Of a stretch of 64,000 nt of DNA, positions 58,701 to 64,000 are shown one piece after another. Position 1 is the first letter of the stretch; every line of letters begins with the position of its first letter. This DNA comes from Macrostomum lignano (taxonomy: Eukaryota), in the NCBI GenBank assembly GCA_002269645.1, contig NIVC01000651.1, positions 1 through 64,000 of the forward strand. The letters run 5' to 3'. The translations under genes and the position numbers were made by a program. The notes under the pieces are model-generated. The model saw only the letters and a list, made by a program, of their open reading frames with translations. It made no database searches and was not told where the DNA came from.

Positions 58701-61700
58701 GCCAATGGTTGCCAGTCACCAGGTCCTGCGGGATGGTCACAGGTAATGGCAGATTGCTCTAAGGTGCTGAGGGGGGACTGCTCTAAGGCTCAGGGGGGGA
58801 CTGCTCTAAGGTGCTGAGGGGGGACTGCTCTAAGTTGCTGAGGGGGACTGCTCTAAGGCTCAGGGGGGACTGCTCTAAGTTGCTGAGGGGGGACTGCTCT
58901 AAGGCTCAGGGGGACTGCTCTAAGTTGCTGAGGGGGACTGCTCTAAGGCTCAGGGGGGACTGCTCTAAGTTGCTGAGGGGGACTGCTCTAAGGCTCAGGG
59001 GGGACTGCTCTAAGTTGCTGAGGGGGACTGCTCTAAGATGCTGAGGGGGGACTGCTCTAAGGCTCAGGGGGGACTGCTCTAAGTTGCTGAGGGGGACTGC
59101 TCTAAGGCTCAGGGGGGACTGCTCTAAGTTGCTGAGGGGGACTGCTCTAAGGCTCAGGGGGGACTGCTCTAAGTTGCTGAGGGGGACTGCTCTAAGATGC
59201 TGAGGGGGGACTGCTCTAAGGCTCAGGGGGGACTGCTCTAAGTTGCTGAGGGGGACTGCTCTAAGATGCTGAGGGGGGACTGCTCTAAGGCTCAGGGGGG
59301 ACTGCTCTAAGTTGCTGAGGGGGACTGCTCTAAGATGCTGAGGGGGGACTGCTCTAAGGCTCAGGGGGGACTGCTCTAAGTTGCTGAGGGGGACTGCTCT
59401 AAGATGCTGAGGGGGGACTGCTCTAAGGCTCAGGGGGGACTGCTCTAAGTTGCTGAGGGGGACTGCTCTAAGATGCTGAGGGGGGACTGCTCTAAGGCTC
59501 AGGGGGGACTGCTCTAAGTTGCTGAGGGGGACTGCTCTAAGATGCTGAGGGGGACTGCTCTAAGGCTCAGGGGGGACTGCTCTAAGTTGCTGAGGGGGAC
59601 TGCTCTAAGTTGCTGAGGGGGACTGCTTTAAGGCTCAGGGGGACTGCTCTAAGTTGCTGAGGGGGACTGCTCTAAGTTGCTGAGGGGGACTGCTCTAAGG
59701 CTCAGGGGGGACTGCTCTAAGTTGCTGAGGGGGACTGCTCTAAGTTGCTGAGGGGGGACTGCTCTAAGGCTCAGGGGGACTGCTCTAAGTTGCTGAGGGG
59801 GACTGCTCTAAGTTGCTGAGGGGGACTGCTCTAAGGCTCAGGGGGGACTGCTCTAAGTTGCTGAGGGGGACTGCTCTAAGTTGCTGAGGGGGGACTGCTC
59901 TAAGGCTCAGGGGGGACTGCTCTAAGTTGCTGAGGGGGACTGCTCTAAGTTGCTGAGGGGGACTGCTCTAAGGCTCAGGGGGACTGCTCTAAGTTGCTGA
60001 GGGGGACTGCTCTAAGGCTCAGGGGGGACTGCTCTAAGTTGCTGAGGGGGACTGCTCTAAGGCTCAGGGGGGACTGCTCTAAGTTGCTGAGGGGACTGCT
60101 CTAAGATGCTGAGGGGGACTGCTCTAAGGCTCAGGGGGGGACTGCTCTAAGTTGCTGAGGGGGACTGCTCTAAGATGCTGAGGGGGGACTGCTCTAAGGC
60201 TCAGGGGGGACTGCTCTAAGTTGCTGAGGGGGACTGCTCTAAGTTGCTGAGGGGGACTGCTCTAAGGCTCAGGGGGGACTGCTCTAAGTTGCTGAGGGGG
60301 ACTGCTCTAAGTTGCTGAGGGGGACTGCTCTAAGATGCTGAGGGGGACTGCTCTAAGGCTCAGGGGGACTGCTCTAAGTTGCTGAGGGGGACTGCTCTAA
60401 GTTGCTGAGGGGGACTGCTCTAAGATGCTGAGGGGGACTGCTCTAAGTTGCTGAGGGGGACTGCTCTAAGTTGCTGAGGGGGACTGCTCTAAGATGCTGA
60501 GGGGGGACTGCTCTAAGGCTCAGGGGGACTGCTCTAAGTTGCTGAGGGGGACTGCTCTAAGATGCTGAGGGGGACTGCTCTAAGTTGCTGAGGGGGACTG
60601 CTCTAAGTTGCTGAGGGGGACTGCTCTAAGATGCTGAGGGGGGACTGCTCTAAGGCTCAGGGGGACTGCTCTAAGTTGCTGAGGGGGACTGCTCTAAGTT
60701 GCTGAGGGGGACTGCTCTAAGTTGCTGAGGGGGACTGCTCTAAGATGCTGAGGGGGGACTGCTCTAAGGCTCAGGGGGAGTGTTTTAGAGTGCAGCGAGT
60801 TGTCAAAGTGCGACTAAGGTGGCTAGTTAGATCCCAAAGGCCGCACCTTCAGCTTCTGCAGCGGCTCGACCTCCTGGTTGCGCCTGGCCTCCAGCACGAT
60901 GTCGCAGGAGTACACGCGCACTATGCGATCCGAGCAGTTCAGCAGGAAGTTGCGCTGCTTGCGCGCGAACTCGATCGATTTTACAGCCGTGTTGGACGTG
61001 GCCGGTGTGGCTCGGAAGGCCGCCACCTGGCGGAGCGTGCGCGTCTGAATGGATTCGACCGGGTGAAATGCGCTGATGGAGAGTAACAGATTTGCATAGT
61101 AACTGGTACACAGTCGGGTTTAGTCTCTCAACCCACCTGGTACACAGCCACCCAACCCATCTGGTACACAGTCAGGTTTAGTCTCTCAACCCACCTGGTA
61201 CACAGCCACCCAACCCATCTGGTACACAGTCAGGTTTAGTCTCTCAACCCACCTGGTACACAGCCACCTAACCCACCTGGTACACGGCCATCCAACCCAC
61301 CTGGTACACAGCCACACAACCCACCTGGTATACAGCCACCCAACCCACCTGGTACACGGCCATCCAACCCACCTGGTACACAGCCACCCAACCCACCTGG
61401 TACACAGTCACCCAACCCACCTGGTACACAGTCACCCAACCCACCTGGTACACAGTCACCCAACCCACCTGGTACACAGCCACCCGACCCACCTGGTACA
61501 CAGCCACCCGACCCACCTGGTACACAGCCACCCGACCCACCTGGTAGAGGGCCATCCAACCCACCTGGTACACAGCCACCCAACCCACCTGGTACACAGC
61601 CACCTAACCCACCTGGTACAGTCACCCAACCCACCTGGTACAAAGTCACCCAACCCACCTGGTACACAGCCACCCAACCCACCTGGTACACAGCCACCCA

Positions 61701-62713
61701 ACCCACCTGGTACACGGCCACCCAACCCACCTGGTACAGTCACCCAACCCACCTGGTACAAAGTCACCCAACCCACCTGGTACACAGCCACCCAACCCAC
61801 CTGGTACACAGCCACCCAACCCACCTGGTACACGGCCACCCAACCCACCTGGTACAGTCACCCAACCCACCTGGTACAAAGTCACCCAACCCACCTGGTA
61901 CACAGCCACCCAACCCACCTGGTACACGGCCACCCAACCCACCTGGTACACAGCCACCCAACCCACCTGGTACACGGCCACCCTGCCGCGCGAGTTGCCA
62001 ACGTAGACGTGATCGCCGCGCGAGTTGAAGGCGGCCGCGGTGCTGAACTCGCCCTCCTCGTCGGGCGGCAGGCAGCTGTGGCTGCCGGTTTCAGCGTCCA
62101 CCAGCACTGGCGGGTGACGCATCGGGCACACCAGCAGCCGCTGGCTGTTCCGGGGGTGAAAGGCAGCTCTGGAAATGGGCAGGTGAAGTCGGTCAAGCTT
62201 TCTCATCAGCTGCCGCACCGGACAACTTTAACAGTGCGGAAGGCTGTGCCAGGTAGACTGGGAATTCTACCTGACAAGTTCTGCCGCGCCGGAATGGAAA
62301 GCAGTTGGAAAAAAATCAGAATGCTATTCAACACAAAATCCTTAAATAGCGAAGATTTGACAGCCCCCAGCAACGCACTTGAGCACAGGCGAGGGGAAGC
62401 GGAACACCTTGTCGCACTCGCCAGACAGCACATCCCACAGCGCCACCGTGTTATCCGTGGAAGCCGTCAGCAGCTTCTTGGAGTCGCGGCTCCAGCTGAC
62501 GGAGCAGACGGTGACCGCGTGCGCCGTGATGGTCTTGGCGATGCCGCGGGTCAGGAAGTCCCAGATCACCACGCGGCCATCGTTGCAGCCGACGGCCAGC
62601 AAGGTGCCGAACCTGTTGAAGGCGCAGGTCACGGCGAAGGAGACGCAGTCCAGCACGCCGTCGTTTTCCTCCGGGTAGTTCTTGTGGAAGGACTCCAGCA
62701 GCTCCAGGTTCAT
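55732..62713 (-). CDS. RBBP5: Retinoblastoma-binding protein 5 (WD40 subunit of COMPASS/MLL H3K4 methyltransferase complexes), about 537 aa
   Basis: Exons 62713-62379, 62168-61967, 61044-60847, 58725-58489, 57825-57580, 56127-55732 (1614 nt, in frame). MNLELLESF..NYPEE.DG, GTLLAVGCNDGRVVIWDFLTRGIAK, TAVKSIEFARK, WRKCCFSGDGE, NWSAFAPDFKELDENVEYEERESEFD, DIDLPGAPADELHP. Confidence 0.97.
56256..56397. mobile_element. Short degenerate MITE with about 30-bp imperfect inverted ends; a related sequence occurs near 55232-55265
   Basis: CGTACTAACCGCAGCCAAGTCTGCTTAACT versus AGTTAAGCAGAGTTGATCGTGGCTAGTACG. Confidence 0.5.
56447..57450. repeat. Intronic minisatellite, 40-nt unit (GCAGATTTCACCTACTGTGATTGGGCAGCAGCTCTAAGCT), about 25 copies, RBBP5 intron 5
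   Basis: Read directly. Confidence 0.95.
57912..58412. repeat. Intronic minisatellite, 29-nt unit (AGTGAGTCACTGCTTGCCGCTCCCAGCCC), about 17 copies, RBBP5 intron 4
   Basis: Read directly. Confidence 0.95.
58755..60780. repeat. About 2-kb intronic minisatellite, about 22-nt unit (GGGGGACTGCTCTAAG + TTGCTGA/GCTCA/ATGCTGA), RBBP5 intron 3
   Basis: Read directly; three unit variants are interspersed. Confidence 0.95.
61105..61981 (-). repeat. 24-nt donor-junction array (GTGGCCGTGTACCAG|GTGGGTTGG and variants, about 30+ copies), RBBP5 intron 2
   Basis: The first copy is the end of RBBP5 exon 2 and its donor (GT at 61966-61965). Confidence 0.95.
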
Positions 62714-62914
62714 GGCTGGGGCTGAGGGAAGGCGGCGGGTGCTCATACTGCCTTACAGGTAATTGCACTGCCTGAACTGAATGGGCCTGGCTTATTCGTC
62801 GTGCAAAAATCTCGAAACCTGGTAGCCCACTAACCTAATGCTGGGCTGCATGGAAACCGAGGATTAGGGCTGAATCATCTCAGGATTGAACAAACTTTAC
62901 AACGGAGCCACAGA

Positions 62915-63430
62915 TCTCAGCTCAGTGATGAGTGTCTCAGCTCAGTGATGAGTGTCTCAGCTCAGTGATGAGTGTCTCAGCTTAGTGATGAGTGTCTCAG
63001 CTCAGTGATGAGTGTCTCAGCTCAGTGACGAGTGTCTCAGCTTAGTGATGGGTGTCAGCTCAGTGATGAATGTCTCAGCTCAGTGATGAGTGTCTCAGCT
63101 CAGTGATGAGTGTCTCAGCTCAGTGATGAGTGTCTCAGCTTAGTGATGAGTGTCTCAGCTCAATGATGAGTGTCTCAGCTTAGTGATGAGTGTCTCAGCT
63201 TAGTATTGAGTGTCTCAGCTTAGTGATGAGTGTCTCAGCTCAATGACGAGTGTCTCAGCTTAGTGATGAGTGTCTCAGCTCAATGACGAGTGTCTCAGCT
63301 TAGTGATAAGTGTCTCAGCTTAGTGATGATGAGTGTCTCAGCTTAGTCATGAGTGTCTCAGCTTAGTGATGAGTGTCTCAGCTTAGTAATGAGTGTCTCA
63401 GCTCAGTGTTAAGAGTCTCAGCTTAGTGAT
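62915..63430. repeat. 20-nt minisatellite (TCTCAGCTCAGTGATGAGTG), about 25 copies, upstream of RBBP5
   Basis: Read directly. Confidence 0.95.
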
Positions 63431-64000
63431 AATTTGATTAGCAAGACCAATTATCAATTAAAGCTAAAGTACCTTTACAAAGCGTTCAAAAATGTTTCCA
63501 AAGGATCCAACGAAGTCACTAACTTAACCATTCAAATATATGTCAATAATTAACAAACAAGAAGTTACAGCTTTGAAAAGTTAAAAAAGGCACAGCCAAA
63601 ACTGAAAAAAGATTGTATATTTGCTGATCTCAAAATAAAAAGTGAATATAAAATAAACTCAAGCAAAAAGTTGACTAGCGAGGAACTCAAAACAAAGCAA
63701 AACAAAAAGAATGCTAAATAAATATTGCGGACCAAAGCAACAGAGAATTCGGTAGTTGGCTTGGGCCACGAGCGAGGAAATTCTATACGAGGAATGCACT
63801 AAACAGTTTGTAAATATGAAACTTTCTAATAAACTAATACTCAATCTCACAATACGCAGACAGAGAGCTAAAATATAATATTGAAGGCCAGGTGATAACA
63901 ACAGAATCATGCTAGATAAGACATTGCTATCGAACACAGCAGTAAACAATGTTTATGATGCTTCACAGTGAATACAGGTGTATTTTACCTGTTTCAAATA

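Noticed and set aside
1-64000. rRNA, tRNA, snRNA/SL-RNA genes, prokaryotic operons or defence systems
   Set aside because: No cloverleaf, rRNA or Sm-site-bearing motifs were recognised by eye, and all coding sequence is intron-containing eukaryotic. A covariance-model scan would be needed to exclude small ncRNAs.

Overview
Eukaryotic (metazoan) genomic DNA with GC-rich exons and AT-rich or minisatellite-filled spliceosomal introns. No prokaryotic features, rRNA, tRNA or CRISPR were seen. The style (a private 18-84 nt minisatellite in most longer introns, a Venus kinase receptor) fits a lophotrochozoan such as the flatworm Macrostomum; the species call is inference only. I reconstructed eight protein-coding genes by hand from splice sites and reading-frame phase. 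NDUFA12 (last exon only) is on the + strand. Seven consecutive genes are on the - strand: DNAJC2/MPP11, a Venus kinase receptor, a Q-rich multi-C2H2 zinc-finger gene, MARF1/LMKB (no NYN domain seen), a small secreted PAN/apple + TSP1 protein, CCZ1 and RBBP5. Summed exon lengths close in frame for six of them. NDUFA12 and MARF1 each need one extra base, probably long-read indel errors. Several non-autonomous DNA transposons and a DIRS/Ngaro-like gag remnant are present. The most striking pattern is that at least five intronic arrays are tandem copies of the host gene's own splice junction. One copies a whole 36-nt mini-intron (DNAJC2 5'UTR), two copy exon end plus donor (RBBP5, PAN-TSP1), one copies exon end with the donor deleted (CCZ1), and one copies acceptor plus exon start (MARF1). 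Most long ORFs in the supplied track are repeat-translation artefacts.
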